A program made the translations under genes and the position numbers. A DNA stretch of 64,000 nt, from positions 13,615-77,614 of the forward strand of contig JAXMEZ010000005.1 in the NCBI GenBank assembly GCA_046348035.1, in the 5' to 3' direction. The first letter of the stretch is position 1. Every line of letters starts with the position of its first letter. This DNA comes from Rubrivivax sp. GTDB lineage: Bacteria; Pseudomonadota; Gammaproteobacteria; Burkholderiales; Burkholderiaceae_C. Shown one piece after another: positions 62,947 through 64,000 of this stretch. The notes beneath the pieces are model-generated. The model saw nothing but the letters and a program-made list of their open reading frames with translations, did not search any database and was not told the DNA's origin.

Positions 62947-64000
62947 GGTATCGGGCGCCGCCGCGGGCGCCATCGCTGCCGGGTTGCTGGCGGGCGTCCT
63001 TGCCGGCGCCGGCGCCGCTGCCACCGGCCAGGCTCGGGCGGCCGCGCCGCGCACACCGGCGGCGGACACCGAGGTGCTCGAACGCGTGTCGCCGCGCGCC
63101 ACCGACCCGCAGGCGCGAGCACTGGTCGGCTTGCGCGCGAGGCTTGGCGGCGCGACTCGGGCGATGCCGCGGCGGCGCTGGCGCTGGTGCGCCACTGCCT
63201 GGCGATGTTCGCCGGCGACGGCACCGCGCCGCCTGGGCTGCGCGCAGGCAGCGCTCGGGCGCTGGTGGGCGCTGGCCGACCTGCCGGTGGACCTGCGCAT
63301 CCAGCGCGGTGGTGCTGCAGTTCAGCCATCGTTTCGATGCCGCGCTGGCCGACCTCGATGCCGCGGTTGCGCGCCGACCCGCAAGCGTACGAAGCGCGGC
63401 TGTGGCGTGCCGCGATCCTGATGGTGCAGGCCCGCTACGCCGAAGCGCGCGAGGCCTGCGAGCGCGCCGCGCCGCTGACCACGCCGCTGGCGGGCATCGG
63501 CTGCTGCGCGCAGGTGGACGCGGCCACCGGCGCCGCCGAGGCGGCCGCGTGGCGCTCGTTGCGCGCGGCACTCGCGGCCAACGAAGGCGCTGCTGCGGCG
63601 CGAGCCCGGCTGAGCGCGCCTGGGTGCCCGCGCGCCTGGCCGAGACCGAAGCGCGCCGCGGCAACGCCGCCGCCGCCGAAGCCGCGTACCGCGAAGCGCT
63701 CACCATCGATGGGCGCGACTTCTACCTGCTCGCCGCCTACGCCGATTTCCTGCTCGACCAGGACCGCGCCGCCGACGTGCTGCACCTGCTGGCCGGCCGC
63801 GAGCCGTCGACGTGCTGCTGCTGCGGCTGGCGCTGGCGGCTGGGCGCTTGCAGGACCCGTCGGCCGCGGAATACCGGCGCGAACTGGCGGCGCGCTTCGA
63901 CGCCGCGCGGCGCCTGGGCGAGGCACTGCACCAGAAGGAAGAAGTCGCTTCGCGCTCGGCGCGCTGGGCGACGCACAGCGCGCGCTGGCCTTGGCGCGCA
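62947..64000 (+). CDS. TPR-repeat protein, frameshifted, runs off window
   Basis: Fragments PAADTEVLER, DGTAPPGLR/LGCAQAALGRWW, LQFSHRFDAALADLD, AILMVQARYAEAR, YLLAAYADFLLDQ. Start approximate. Confidence 0.65.

Overview
Very GC-rich betaproteobacterial chromosome segment. The lplT-alr-radA and ilvE-zinc-finger synteny suggests Burkholderiales, Rubrivivax-like; this is an inference. Single-base indels are patchy and hit housekeeping genes (sppA, hns, ubiM, oppD/F, malF/E), which points to long-read assembly error rather than real decay. Contents in order: (1) a HEPN-type gene, a truncated ECF sigma factor missed by the ORF track, and an OmpR-family two-component pair; (2) a nonulosonic-acid cluster (candidate transferase, pseB, RmlD-like reductase, NeuB/PseI-type synthase, GNAT, pseF) with no pseC or pseG; (3) ubiM, a TolC plus methyltransferase pair, AEC transporter, sppA, H-NS, GST, a TPR protein and a VapBC-type TA pair; (4) a peptide ABC transporter/amidase operon split by about 5 kb carrying a SauUSI-like PLD-helicase-DUF3427 protein, DsbA/FrnE and HicAB; (5) housekeeping genes (ALDH, SDR, LysR, tyrB, gpx, lplT, alr, radA, GT25, ilvE); (6) an 8-gene alpha-glucan locus (GH13 lipoprotein, malK/E/F/G, two stand-alone glucodextranase DOMON-like proteins and an unassigned 599-aa beta-barrel-like outer-membrane protein, with no LamB or TonB receptor); (7) a partial TPR gene. 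Intergenic DNA holds several palindromic repeat families, including a 175-bp MITE-like insert with 24-bp TIRs and an 8-bp TSD. No rRNA, tRNA, CRISPR array or transposase was seen.
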